Origin: Octopus bimaculoides
Lineage: Eukaryota
Assembly: GCF_001194135.2 (NCBI RefSeq)
Contig: NC_068983.1
Location: 33,223,270-33,287,269 of the forward strand
Direction: 5' to 3'
Length of the DNA stretch: 64,000 bases
How positions within the stretch are numbered: position 1 is the stretch's first letter; the number at the start of each line of letters is the position of its first letter. A program made the translations under genes and the position numbers. Positions 37,267 through 49,715 of the stretch are shown in pieces. The notes beneath the pieces were generated by a model. The model was not told the DNA's origin. It did no database searches and saw only the letters and a list, made by a program, of their open reading frames with translations.

Positions 37267-38637
37267 CAAATGAAAGTCAGAAGATGGAATATACAAGAAT
37301 ATATTATTAATCACAACAATTGTTTCGACACATCTAGCATCGACTCCTCTTGTGGGACACACAAAACCTGGTTCAGGAGTATTCGCTGGTGCAGATGTAT
37401 CTCATCAGGTGATAAATAAATGAAAAAAACTTGTTAAAATGACTGTTCCATAATGTTCACATACATACTTATAAATGTGCATACATGTGGATATGTGTGT
37501 GAGTATATAGATAGATAAATATATATAGAGAGATAGAGAGTGAGATAGAGAGTAAGAGAGAGAGGGAGAGAGAGAGAGGAGTTTCATAGAATAAACAAGA
37601 GAAATAGAATTCAATACCTGACTATGTATACTATTTTATTATTTCTAATCAGTGGTAAGTGACATGTAGCAAACTTTGTAAAATACACACACACATACTT
37701 ACATACATACATGCATATATATACATACATTACCGTCCAACACATGCCAACATGGAAAACAGACATTAAACGATGATGATGATGATGATGACACATATAT
37801 ATATATAAGTCATTCAGTTGTGTGAATATGTGTTTATATACATTCACACTCACACACACACATATCTTGCAGGCTCAGTGGTTAGAGTGTCGGGCTCACA
37901 ATCTTGGGGTAGTGAGTTCGATACCTGGAACTGGCTGTGTGCTGTGTTCTTGAACATATGTAGGCTTGAATGGAATGAAGCTAGTATGATCCGCTGGATG
38001 TGTAATGTCAGTGTGCATACACGACAAAGTGTAAGTGCCCTGAGAGAAAAGTTGGGCATAAGAAGCATCAAATGTGGTGTTTGCCTACGGTGTGCCTGGT
38101 ATCAAAATTCCAACATTATGACTGCTGCTTAGTGCCATGTGAACACTATAAAGGCTGTAAAATGTGACATGGACGGCTGCAACAGAGACTACAAAGGCAT
38201 GGTCAACAGGAAAGGACACAGCAGGCATTCTTTATTATGGGCTTCTTTTTGTTTTTGTCAATAAATTCCACTAACAAGGCTTTGGTCATCCAGATGCTAT
38301 AGTGGAAGATACTTGACCAAGATACCATGCAGAGGGACTGAACCTAAAGTTAAATGATAGGGAACTAAGCTTCTTAACCACATGGCCATGCCTATTCCTA
38401 TGTATATATACAGACACACAGCTACCTCTTTACAAATACAGAGTATAGTATATTTGCATCAATAAACATATACACATAGACAAATATATGCATATAAATA
38501 TATATTTGATGAATCTTGAGGAAGTTTCTCTTCTCTCTAATATAAGATATTTTTAAGTTGTAAACTTTGTAATGTAAATTTCATCATCATAAAATTATAG
38601 TCATGTATATGTGTGTATCCATGTATATGTGTGAGAA

Positions 38638-38682
<45 letters not shown>

Positions 38683-38964
38683 TCATCATCATCATCATCA
38701 TCATTTAACATCTGTTGTCCATGCTGGAGTGGGTTGGTTTGACCAGGGCTAGCAAGCCGGAAGGCTACACCAGACTCCAGTCTGATTTGACATAGTTTCT
38801 ACAGCTGGATACCCTTCCTAATACCAACCACATATTTATGTGTGTGTATGTGTATGTATGTATGTATGAATGTATGTACGAATAAATACACACTTATGAT
38901 GTTTTTTTGACATATCATTTGAAACTAATTTCCAAGAGTAGAAAATATTAAAAGCCATGTGTAC

Positions 38965-39032
38965 CTGATCTGGGATAGAAAATGTAAGGATGAGATTGTT
39001 GGGTGCTCTGAACATGAATAGACGAGCAGTTC
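38965..39032 (-). CDS. WDR93: WDR93-like exon 3 (68 nt)
   Basis: Acceptor tatattttacag, donor CAG|gtacac. Phase 1 to 0: GTARLFMFRAPNNLILTFSIPDQ (cf. human GIIRLFYFYKEGLYL). Confidence 0.82.
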
Positions 39033-41130
39033 CTGTAAAATATAAAGGAAGCCTTGTGTTAAAAATCTACTTAATTCACCAAGGACAAGTTAGAAATTAG
39101 CAAGGTAAAGAAAGTAGAAGACAGATATTTGTGTTCATATATATTCTCTTTTACTCTTTTAATTGTTTTAGTCATTTGACTGCAGCCATGCTGGCTAGTG
39201 ATCTATCATGGCGAATGCCAGACAGAAGAGTCACACAGGAGAGCTAGGAAGAAGGGGAAATAATAAAGTAGTGGTGATCCCAAAACGAAGGTGCACGCGT
39301 GTGTGGAAGAGGGCTGGTGACCTTGATGTGTGCATGTGTGCATGTGTAGGTGTGAAGATGTGGGGCTGGGAAGTGGTCAGTTCTAGTGTGTGCATGGTGG
39401 TGTGATGCAATGTGATGTGTTGTGTGGTATAGTGGTGTATGGTGTAGTGGTGTGTGGTGTGGCGTGATGGTGTTGGNNNNNNNNNNNNNNNNNNNNNNNN
39501 NNNNNNNNNNNNNNNNNNNNNNNNNNNNNNNNNNNNNNNNNNNNNNNNNNNNNNNNNNNNNNNNNNNNNNNNNNNNNNNNNNNNNNNNNNNNNNNNNNNN
39601 NNNNNNNNNNNNNNNNNNNNNNNNNNNNNNNNNNNNNNNNNNNNNNNNNNNNNNNNNNNNNNNNNNNNNNNNNNNNNNNNNNNNNNNNNNNNNNNNNNNN
39701 NNNNNNNNNNNNNNNNNNNNNNNNNNNNNNNNNNNNNNNNNNNNNNNNNNNNNNNNNNNNNNNNNNNNNNNNNNNNNNNNNNNNNNNNNNNNNNNNNNNN
39801 NNNNNNNNNNNNNNNNNNNNNNNNNNNNNNNNNNNNNNNNNNNNNNNNNNNNNNNNNNNNNNNNNNNNNNNNNNNNNNNNNNNNNNNNNNNNNNNNNNNN
39901 NNNNNNNNNNNNNNNNNNNNNNNNNNNNNNNNNNNNNNNNNNNNNNNNNNNNNNNNNNNNNNNNNNNNNNNNNNNNNNNNNNNNNNNNNNNNNNNNNNNN
40001 NNNNNNNNNNNNNNNNGGAAGGGATTAAGCACCTACTAGTAAATAAATAAAAATTATACTTAACTGATAAGTACTTTATTATGATTAATACTATTAATTA
40101 GTACTACAAACATAATTATTATAAATTACTATGATAAATCTAAACCCTTATTGTATCTTCACCCCTCCCCCGACTAAAATCTATTGGCGTATCCCACTGT
40201 TATTTTCTGTTTTTTATTATTTATCCTTCCTAACCCCACCATATAAAGGATTAATCCATCAATTGCTATTTTTGGTTTAGTCATTTACTTAATGGCCCAA
40301 AGAGATATGTAAGCGAAATCATATGATTACAACAATATTCAACTCCTCCGTTTTCCTTCTTTGTGCTCTTTTTCTTTATTTATTCCTCTCTCTGATGAAG
40401 CTCCATGTTTCAGATCAGTTTTATCACCAAATATGATAAATATTTTTAGCATATCAATGGCAACACCATACAACACTGGAAGCAGAAACAGCTGTTAGAT
40501 GGGATGCAGTCTATTTGTATTGAATTAATAAATAATAATTGATGTAAGTCGATTGTTGTTTATCGATATTTCTCCATTTTCTGTCTTCTTTAAATTTTGA
40601 TTCTTGATAAACTCATGTTTATCCTTGTCTTTACCTATAATTTATGAGCATAATATGCTTGCACATGCATGCGCATTGTTAAACATAGGTAATATACCAG
40701 TAGTTTAATGGATACTTCTAATCCCTTAGACAGTTATTTTAACCTCTAACTCAGCTAACCCCTTATATATATGTATGTATGTATATATATGTGTATATAT
40801 ACATTTATATATATATATATATAGCCCCTCCTGTTTATTGTCAACATATATGATATTTCAGCAATATATGATGCACTACATGTGAATGGAAGATGAAAGA
40901 TCAGAAAATAAATCTTGATGAAATTGTGTTTTTGTTTCTTTTTTGTGCACATGCAATGTATGAAGTTCAAAACAGTGAAATCCAGTGACATTTGAAAAAA
41001 AAATCTGCTGTATCAGATAGGGATAGAAATGTAGACAAACCAGCACCATAATTCTCCATCATTCACTCTCCATTCATTATCTTGCTTTTCATGCATGATT
41101 CTCATTCTTCTTATTTCTCTCAATTTCACT

Positions 41131-41133
<3 letters not shown>

Positions 41134-41224
<91 letters not shown>
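41134..41224. repeat. (GA)n microsatellite
   Basis: Long pure run. Many other (CA)n, (TA)n, (TATG)n, (TAA)n and (CAT)n tracts occur throughout. Confidence 0.95.
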
Positions 41225-41227
<3 letters not shown>

Positions 41228-42496
41228 AAGGAGGAAGGAAAACAGAGTTTGACATGACACAAACCTATTTTCCTATCCTTCTTTTAATGACACTATTACT
41301 CATTATCAATTTTATGCATATCTTTTTTTTAAGTAGGATGAGGTCTGAAAGAGATTCGGCTGCTATTTCTCAAAATAAATGTCATACAAATCTACCACGT
41401 GACAAGGTGAGAAACAAGATATAGGCTTACATCGACTTTCATTGGAAATTGGTTCCAAGACTTAATGTGGAAAATGATGCAGCATGCAAAAACGCTAAAA
41501 ACCGTTTTTGGCTTCTGTCTGTTTTAATAAATGGTTTGTACATGTTTTAATATGTATTTTATTTGATTTTTCCACTTCAATGTTGCTTTAAGGTGGCTTT
41601 TTAAAAACATTCATGCTTTTAGATATGTTCACTGAGGCCAACATAAGTCATATAAATCAGTGAGGTTAATTTTATTTTTACAATTTCATAAAAAAAAATG
41701 ACTTGAGGATGACTTGAAGTAAAAAAAAAATGTAACTTGAAATGACATAAATTGAGGCATGTCTGTATATGGTTTTGTGGTTTTGGAATACATGGCAAAC
41801 AGTGCACACCAACAATTCAAATTTAAACAGACAGAGAAACAGATTGATAGATATAGGTGAATGGATCATTTCTCTGTTTCAAACAAGAGTCTTTCACTCA
41901 GTTAACTGAAATACACTGTCAGTCACTGAAGATTCCATACAATTAATATAATTCTCAGACATAATCAGAATGACTCAGCATGCAACAAAGATATCTCTTT
42001 CAGTTACAGGTACACTTCTCACAGTTTCTACCAACCCAATTTCATTCAGGGACCTTGGATTGATACAAGGTTATCATAGAAGAAATTTTCCCAAAGTCTC
42101 ATACGATGATATAAAACCTGGAACATGATTTGTATGGCAAACATCTTAACTACTTGGTCATAAGTGAAACAAGATCTGACAAAAATCTAATGTTAGTCTA
42201 ATATCTTATATTCTTACATATCTGTTATATATATCAGGCACTATAGGACATTCTCTTAATCAGATGATTTCAGCACTTTCTGATGGTATTGTGCCTTGCA
42301 GCAGTACCAGGGAGAGTTAATACCATTAAGCAATTTTTCCTCTAGAAACCCAAACAACAGCATTTCAACAACTCAGGGAAACTATATCAACCATTCTAAC
42401 CAACTATGTTTCAGTTAGTTTTGCTGTTATTTTGCTCTCAGTTTTATCCTTCTCTCACATATCCATGTCACATCTAATCAAAGTACAATAACTTAC

Positions 42497-42695
42497 CAAC
42501 ATCATCTAGTGCTGTGATGACAAATGTCAGTGCATCTAAAAAATATTGACTGACAGATTGTATCTCTGAGTTTTCAGTTTTCCACACAGCACATATTTCT
42601 TGAGTGGAAGCATCTAAGATGTACAAACCATCTTTGGTGCCCAAAGATGAATATATTGATCCATTACATCCACTGCAGCTGTTTATTTGTGGTAC
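42497..42695 (-). CDS. WDR93: WDR93-like exon 2 (199 nt)
   Basis: Acceptor ttttgttaattgtag, donor G|gtaagt. Open phase 0 to 1: VPQINSCSGCNGSIYSSLGTKDGLYILDASTQEICAVWKTENSEIQSVSQYFLDALTFVITALDDV(G), collinear with recalled human ...KGFSIYNL...IYAWEK...IAPVDEMG. Confidence 0.88.
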
Positions 42696-43080
42696 CTACA
42701 ATTAACAAAACAGAGCATATTTATAGAGATGTTGAATAAAATTAAGTGTATGTACAAATATTCATTTCTAAGGTACAAGGCCAGAAATTTTGAGGGAAAG
42801 GATTTAGTCAATATCTTTGGTCCCAGTAAATGAGTAGCACTTTATTTTATCGACCCCAGAGAGGTGAATGGCAAAGTTGATACTGACAGAATTTATGATC
42901 AGAATATAATGACCTGGAAGAAATGCTGCAAGGCATTTTTTTCTGTTACCCTAAGGATTTTGCTAATCAACCATCCAGTTGAGGTACAAATTCTCTGTGG
43001 GTAGGAAAAGATGAATAACTGGTCTCTGTTGGAGCTGTGAAAAACTTTGAATCTAGTGAAGTTGATATCCACTTTTGGGC

Positions 43081-43210
43081 AGCAGTAGCAGCAGGAGGAG
43101 GAGGAGGAGGAGGAGGAGAAGAAGAAGAAGAAGAAGAAGAAGAAGAAGAAGAAGAAGAAGAAGAAGAAGAAAAAAGAAGAAGAAGAAGAAGAAGAAGAAG
43201 AAGAAGAAGA
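43081..43210. repeat. Compound (GCA)(GGA)n(GAA)n microsatellite
   Basis: Direct reading; explains the poly-E/poly-R ORFs in the track. Confidence 0.95.
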
Positions 43211-43621
43211 AGAAGAAAAAGAAGAAGAATGCGGGAGTTTTAGCAGGATGTTGGTGAAATCCTCATAAATAGTCAAGTGACCTAAAAGTGACCCGTTGTG
43301 GCTTATACATCTACACATGTCACTATTTTCATGGTTAAAATTCAAATTTGTTTTTTTAATCTAAAAATTTTTTTTCTTTTTATTTACATATATATGTGCA
43401 TACATACATATATCTACACACATACTCATACATGCATGCATGTACACACTCATACACACACATAGTCTCAACAACACACACACATACATCTACACATATG
43501 TACATACGTATTAATCTATGTACACTCGTACGATTATATATAACTACATATATGTATTTCAGTATCATGCATCTCAACATGTATGGATGGATTTCTACAT
43601 GTAAATGAGAGAAAAGGGTGA

Positions 43622-43960
43622 TTATAGATGGGTACTCCCAAGTGGAATCTGGGTGTTACCGCATTTGGATTTACAGTTGAGGGTGGGTTTGTATTCCTGT
43701 AAATAGACAGCTTCAGTAACTTGTCTCAACATTGCATCAGTGGGATGTGTAGATAAGATGTCTAACCTAAGTCTCCCTAAGGAGCCATTGTGGCAGTCTA
43801 CAGTATGCTGACAGAAGATGGAGTTTGTTTTTTGTTTTTCAATGTAGTTATCCAGGTGTTTTATGAACCTATCATTGATGCTCCTAGAAGTCATTCCAAT
43901 ATATGACTCTGGGATAATTGCGCAACTCCCTTCTTGGCACTTAATCTGGTATACAAACAC
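43622..43960 (-). mobile_element. Penelope-like GIY-YIG endonuclease domain, uninterrupted ORF fragment
   Basis: VYQIKC...SYIGMTSRSINDRFIKH...DAMLRQVTEAVYLQEYKPTLN: YIG, Arg, Glu and Asn positions present, no stops. Confidence 0.85.
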
Positions 43961-43979
43961 ACACACACGCACACAGCTG

Positions 43980-44812
43980 GGTGTTCAGACTAAATTTGGC
44001 AATTTTTTGAGAAACAGTTTGATGTATTGGTGAACAGTTAATGGCTTTGGAGAACATAAACATTAAAGCAGTTTTTGAGAAAAAGCTAGAGGTTGTGGAA
44101 GAGTGGAAACCATCTGAATATTGGAAAAGATTTATGTGTGATGAGGATTTGTGCCCAGAATCAAAATGACGACATCATGACTGTTGTTCTATGTTCTGTG
44201 AACACTCTAAAAGTTTAAAACGTGATAAACTATGAAGCCATACCCAACAGGAAGAGACACAGCAGGCATTCTGACTGTATCTGCATGCTGGAATTTATCC
44301 CTACATCTTTGAACACATAGCCATCAATTCAGGTGTCTATGTGTAGTTACTAGAGACTGAATCCCTGGCTGAAGAGGGTTGTTGCTGGATGGCCATATGT
44401 GTAGCAGCAGGATTTGTCTCCTTGCCATACCTATGGAGAAAGTCAGAAGTGTTTATCAGAAAATTTAAATGACTTCTCCAGCCCCAATTTCTGACCTTCA
44501 AATTCCCCTTATTGTAATCCCATGAGTTACTTTGTGCGGGGCATGATTGAAAAAGACACCAACCACTTTGCCAGGAACTCCAAAGCCAAGCTGGTGACCA
44601 TAGTCAAGGAGGTTTTCATAGAGAGACACAGTGAGTAACACATGTGCCAAGTTCCAGAGCTGCCTCAAGACTGTAGGGAAGCTACTTTGAATAAATTGTT
44701 ATCTACCATCCATAATCTAATTGATGTTTTCACTTTTTAAAATAATCTTATTTTTGGATGGGATATTGTTTTCTTTTCCTTTTATGCAAACTGTCAAATT
44801 TAGCCCAAACAC
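43980..44812 (+). mobile_element. Degenerate Tc1/mariner maT (DD37D-like) element
   Basis: Related to 62023-63318 (GWPYV.QQD.SPCH, PSNSPYCNPMSYFV); terminal ctgtcaaatttagcccaaacaccc. Confidence 0.65.
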
Positions 44813-45659
44813 CCATCTGGACATCTATTCCTGAAACAGCCGTTACAAACTATCTGCATACTTTTCTTCCTACTTTCTTCTTATCCTGCTTTAGACTCAA
44901 CCTATGATGACCAGCTTTACTTATTATCAATAATTCAGACGTACTGTATAACTGTTCTGGGAGAATGATTGCATACACCATATCCATAATAAGCATTTTT
45001 CAACCAATGTCTTATCGACATCTAGTGATCTAAATTCCTGTAACATTCAATACTATCCTCATATTGTATCAATGTTAAAGCACATAAATGTCATAATCTG
45101 GTCTGATACCAGTTGTTTGCCTGTTTATATTTTCATTTTATTATAAACATAACTGCTTGATTGAAACAGCCTTTAGCCACTCTTCATTAGATAACCATAA
45201 CATTTCTGTATTTTTTAGTAGCAGTTCAAGCTGGTATTTAGGCAACAAGTCCATCTGAACACTAATTACATATTACCCATGACCCAATGGGTCACTTGGA
45301 AAGCCTGAGTTTCTCAGCAATGAAGTTTTGTTTCATGGTTTTTTTTTATCTTTTCCAAGTTACTTCACATGCTTTCAACGAATGTGACATTGAAATCACA
45401 TATAAACAGCTCCTTTCCCTGGAAAAGGAAAGATTTGGATGCTATTTCTTGTACGTCCTGCTACCACCTAACAGATATTTCAGGTCCTTTATCGCAGATA
45501 GCTGTTACGTGGTAGCAGAGTGTGCTACAAATAGCAACCAAATCTTTGGAGCTGAGATATATTGAATGCACTCAAAAAAATCTTTGTTATGGTATTCTCT
45601 TGGGGCGCTCTTTTGCTTTGACTCTCAGAACTGTCATCTGGATCAGCTGGTTTTGTTTG

Positions 45660-45745
45660 TTAATTTCCATAAAATTTTTTTATTTATTCACTTTTGTTTT
45701 AAAGTGAAAGAGAGGAGAAAGTGAAAAATGTGTATATGAAATGAA

Positions 45746-45798
<53 letters not shown>

Positions 45799-46047
45799 TA
45801 GTGCTACTTATACATACATTATCTATCTCTCTCACACACATATGCATTTGTACATACAAAAAAGATGTATGCATATGTATTGATGTATGTATACATGACA
45901 ACCCACCACTTCACTCTCTCTCTCTTTCATACACACATCTATTTCATATACATGTACATACATCTTTCACTTTCTCCTCTCTTTCACTTGCTCCCCTCTT
46001 TCATTTAAAGCAAAAGTAAATAAATAAAATATTTTTACAGAAATTAA
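45660..46047. repeat. Foldback / MITE-like inverted repeat, ~390 bp
   Basis: Left arm ttaatttccataaaattttt...gtgaaagagaggagaaagtgaaa...tatatgaaat is mirrored in reverse complement at about 45940-46047. Confidence 0.75.
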
Positions 46048-46194
46048 TGACTTGAGATAATTAAAAAAACATTAAAATATTGACTGTTTAAAGAAAGCTA
46101 AAATATGAATTGATGTTTTCACTTTTTAAAATAATCTTATTTTTGGATGGGATATTGTTTTCTTTTCCCTTTATGCAAACTGTCAAATTTAGAG

Positions 46195-46664
46195 AACACA
46201 CAATAAGAGAATACTTATTGTACACACAGCTTACAGTTTTGAAATCACATTCAGTTAAAAAATATTTCTAAATGATTAAAATATTGTGTACATCAAAAAG
46301 TTGACGTGTCTTTTTTTCTTAGAGAATGCGAAGAGTATATGTGTGTATATGTCACAGATAGCGGACATGTGTTTGTGTTGATTGACATGCCATGACATTC
46401 ATTATGAGTGTGCATTTTGTATGTGTGTTTGTGCGTTGGCATCACAGAAGCCATGTTTTATTTTTTCAAGAAATAACAAACAAAGATTGTGTTTACTTAT
46501 TTTCAATAATAAATAGAGGTCCAAATGTCACAAAAATATGTACTGCACTGCCGAAAGTAAGTATGACAATAAATATGCAACAAAAAAATGTTAAGATAAA
46601 TTATACTGCTTCTGAGATATTTCGGGTACAAACAAACATCCCTAGAGTTTTAGTATTATTAAGA
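46195..46664 (-). mobile_element. Probable Helitron-like fragment (5' end only)
   Basis: Minus-strand start A|TCTTAATAATACTAAAAC...tgtttgtttgtacccg resembles the 5' end of the 20440 element; no CTAG 3' end seen. Confidence 0.4.
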
Positions 46665-47797
46665 TATATATCATCATCATCATCATCATCTTCATTTAAC
46701 GTCCGCTTTCCATGCTAGCATGGGTTGGACAATTTGACTGAGGACTGGCGAACCAGATGGCTGCACCAGGCTCAATCTGATCTGGCAGAATTTCTACAGC
46801 TGGATGTCCTTCCTAACGCTGACCACTCCGAGAGTGTAGTGGGTGCTTTTATGTACCACCGGCACGAGGGCCAGTCTGGCCGTACTGGTGATGCTGTGCT
46901 GAGACGACTTGTCAAACCAACAGAAATTTTAGTCATAGTCGTGGTCATTGCTGGTGTCATGTAAACGGCATCCATGCCAGTGGCACGTAAAAGCACCCAT
47001 TGACGTTAGAAAAGGCCTCCAGCCGTAGAAACCATGCCAATTCGGACTGAAACACACACACATTATGATAATGATGATAATGTATATATACCTCCCCCTT
47101 TCACCTTGGGTGTCATTAGGGGAAAACATTTTGGTGCGAGCATTCAAGACGAATTTCTGGTTCGAAGATATCTTCCTTCTTCCCAACAGTTTTAGAAGGC
47201 CTGTAATGTGTTATAAGCATTGCCTATCTTCCTGACAACAAGACAAAATAAAGGAGAGAGAAAAAAAAGGTGACTAAAACCATCCTTCTAAGTATATCTC
47301 GTTACACCTCTCACAAAGTCCCTATAACCGAACACACAAATGCATCGCAGAACATTAACCCTCGTTATCTCACTAGTTCGTGAGAGCTGTCCGATCTTTG
47401 ACTAACTAAACAGTATAATGCAATGCAACGACTTTTTTCTTTTTCTTTTTTTAAGTAAGAGAATTGGCGTACCGATATATGTGTATGTATTTTTATGTTT
47501 TTTTATTGCCCACAAGGGGCTAAACATAGAGCGGACAAACAAGGACAGACAAAGGGATTAAGTCGATTACATCGATCCCCAGTGCGTAACTGGTACTTAA
47601 TTTATCGACCCCGAAAGGATGAAAGGTGAAGTCGACCTCGGCGGAATTTGAACTCAGAACATAGCGGCAGACGAAATACCGCTTGTATATGTAAGCATGC
47701 ATATGTACAAGCGGAAGTAGGTTTGTGTGAGTGCGCGCGCTAATTTCTGCTTTACGAGAAGAAAAAACAATTAAAACAAGATTAACGTATTATTTAC

Positions 47798-48085
47798 TTG
47801 GACGGTTTGAGTGGAGGTGCAACAGATCGGAGAAGTGCACGTATCATCAATTTTGGTACTTCTCTGAGACAATTTCACATTTTGTCTATGTTGAATTTCA
47901 GACCAAACAGTGTCCAATATCTCATTTAGTATTTTATCCAGCATCCGATATGGTTGTGGTAACGTATCTCTCCATAGTTCTGGATCTGTTATATAATAGT
48001 CACGACGGCGTGTATTGACAGAGGATTTCTTGTCGATGCTTTTTGATGCATCTAAAGAGTCAATCGGGCGACTCTGAGGAAGCAT
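47798..48085 (-). CDS. WDR93: WDR93/CFAP297-like WD-repeat ciliary protein, coding exon 1 (96 aa)
   Basis: ATG at 48085. Translation MLPQ...DPELWRDTLPQPYRMLDKILNEILDTVWSEI matches the WDR93 N-terminal motif as I recall it (human DSLPQPYRMINKLV...SWEII). Donor CAA|GTAAAT, phase 0. Confidence 0.88.
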
Positions 48086-48273
48086 TTTGTTGTTTATACA
48101 CAACGATATCGCATAAACGGAAAGACAGACACTCGAAGTATCGTTACGCAGTTCTTAATATATGCAACTTATGACAAATAATAACTATCATTTGTGTTCG
48201 ATACTACATATCAACATGTGGAACCAGTCAAATAAATAATTACAAAACAATGTGATCGCGTTTGTTCATGCAT

Positions 48274-48287
48274 GTTTCCTTAGCAAC
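48274..48287. promoter_or_regulatory. RFX X-box motif in the WDR93 promoter region
   Basis: GTTTCCTTAGCAAC fits the RFX consensus GTNRCC/GTTKCC-N0-3-RGYAAC, 189 bp upstream of the ATG of a ciliary gene, inside a locally CpG-rich zone. Confidence 0.65.
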
Positions 48288-48312
48288 GGCGTACATACAA
48301 TACAAGCTAAGG

Positions 48313-48321
48313 GAGGTAAGT
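48313..48321 (+). other. Candidate splice donor of a divergent (head-to-head) transcript
   Basis: GAG|GTAAGT perfect donor, GT at 48316-48317, about 30 bp right of the X-box. Confidence 0.4.
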
Positions 48322-48519
48322 CAAAAATAAACGGGAATTATTTCCCTTGTCATGTGCAACTTGCCTTTGGGACTAAGAACCAGTTTCCCCTGGTGCGACC
48401 TTCCATCGAGGCAATGTACATACCTCTATTTTGATTATCTATTTACTTTTCCCCCCTCTGTTTTCTTACTGCTTACCCATACAAACTGTATATGGTTTTA
48501 CTCTCACGTACACATATAT

Positions 48520-49000
48520 ATACAAGGTGTTCGGGATAAATTTGACAGTTTGCTTAAAATAAAAACAAAACACTATATTCCATCCAAAATTAAATTATTA
48601 AAAAAAAATCTAAAATTGTCCACCAGTTGATGATTGTGAGATAACAGTTTACTCAAAGTATCCATACCCATCTTTTACCACAGCCTCAAGACAACTGATG
48701 TATGTATTCCTCACTGTATCCTCAAGAAGATCTGCCAAATACCTCCTTGATCTTAGCCACAAACTCGGGCTTAGTGTTGCTGGGTGAGCAATTGGTGTAT
48801 TTTTCAACTGTGCACCACACATAGAGTCATGATGTCAGTATTTTAATATCTGGCATGAATTATCATGATGCAAATAACTCTTTCTCAATATTCCATTAGT
48901 TTCCTGACTCCCAGGTTAAGTAAATCTTTTTCAACTGCAACTTTAATCCTTATGTTCTCCAACGCCATTGACTGTTCACCAATACATCAAGTTGTTCCTG
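48520..49000 (-). mobile_element. maT/mariner-type transposon 3' part with TIR
   Basis: TA-CAAGGTGTTCGGGATAAATTTGACAG terminus; degenerate transposase C-terminus (YVWCTVEKYTN...EFVAKIKEVF). Confidence 0.65.
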
Positions 49001-49040
49001 AAAAAAGGAGGCTTAAAAAAACCGTCAGATTCAACACACT

Positions 49041-49118
<78 letters not shown>

Positions 49119-49675
49119 NNNNNNNNNNNNNNNNNNNNNNNNNNNNNNNNNNNNNNNNNNNNNNNNNNNNNNNNNNNNNNNNNNNNNNNNNNNNNNNNNN
49201 NNNNNNNNNNNNNNNNNNNNNNNNNNNNNNNNNNNNNNNNNNNNNNNNNNNNNNNNNNNNNNNNNNNNNNNNNNNNNNNNNNNNNNNNNNNNNNNNNNNN
49301 NNNNNNNNNNNNNNNNNNNNNNNNNNNNNNNNNNNNNNNNNNNNNNNNNNNNNNNNNNNNNNNNNNNNNNNNNNNNNNNNNNNNNNNNNNNNNNNNNNNN
49401 NNNNNNNNNNNNNNNNNNNNNNNNNNNNNNNNNNNNNNNNNNNNNNNNNNNNNNNNNNNNNNNNNNNNNNNNNNNNNNNNNNNNNNNNNNNNNNNNNNNN
49501 NNNNNNNNNNNNNNNNNNNNNNNNNNNNNNNNNNNNNNNNNNNNNNNNNNNNNNNNNNNNNNNNNNNNNNNNNNNNNNNNNNNNNNNNNNNNNNNNNNNN
49601 NNNNNNNNNNNNNNNNNNNNNNNNNNNNNNNNNNNNNNNNNNNNNNNNNNNNNNNNNNNNNNNNNNNNNNNNNNN

Positions 49676-49713
<38 letters not shown>

Positions 49714-49715
<2 letters not shown>

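Noticed and set aside
40385-40415. CTGATGAAGCTC, a possible further hammerhead in decayed Penelope-like sequence
   Set aside because: No GAAA or stem II partner follows; too degenerate to call.
41431-41518. Minus-strand segment with a GTAAGC donor, considered as WDR93 exon 3
   Set aside because: Stop codons in the required phase; the exon at 38965-39032 fits phase and homology.
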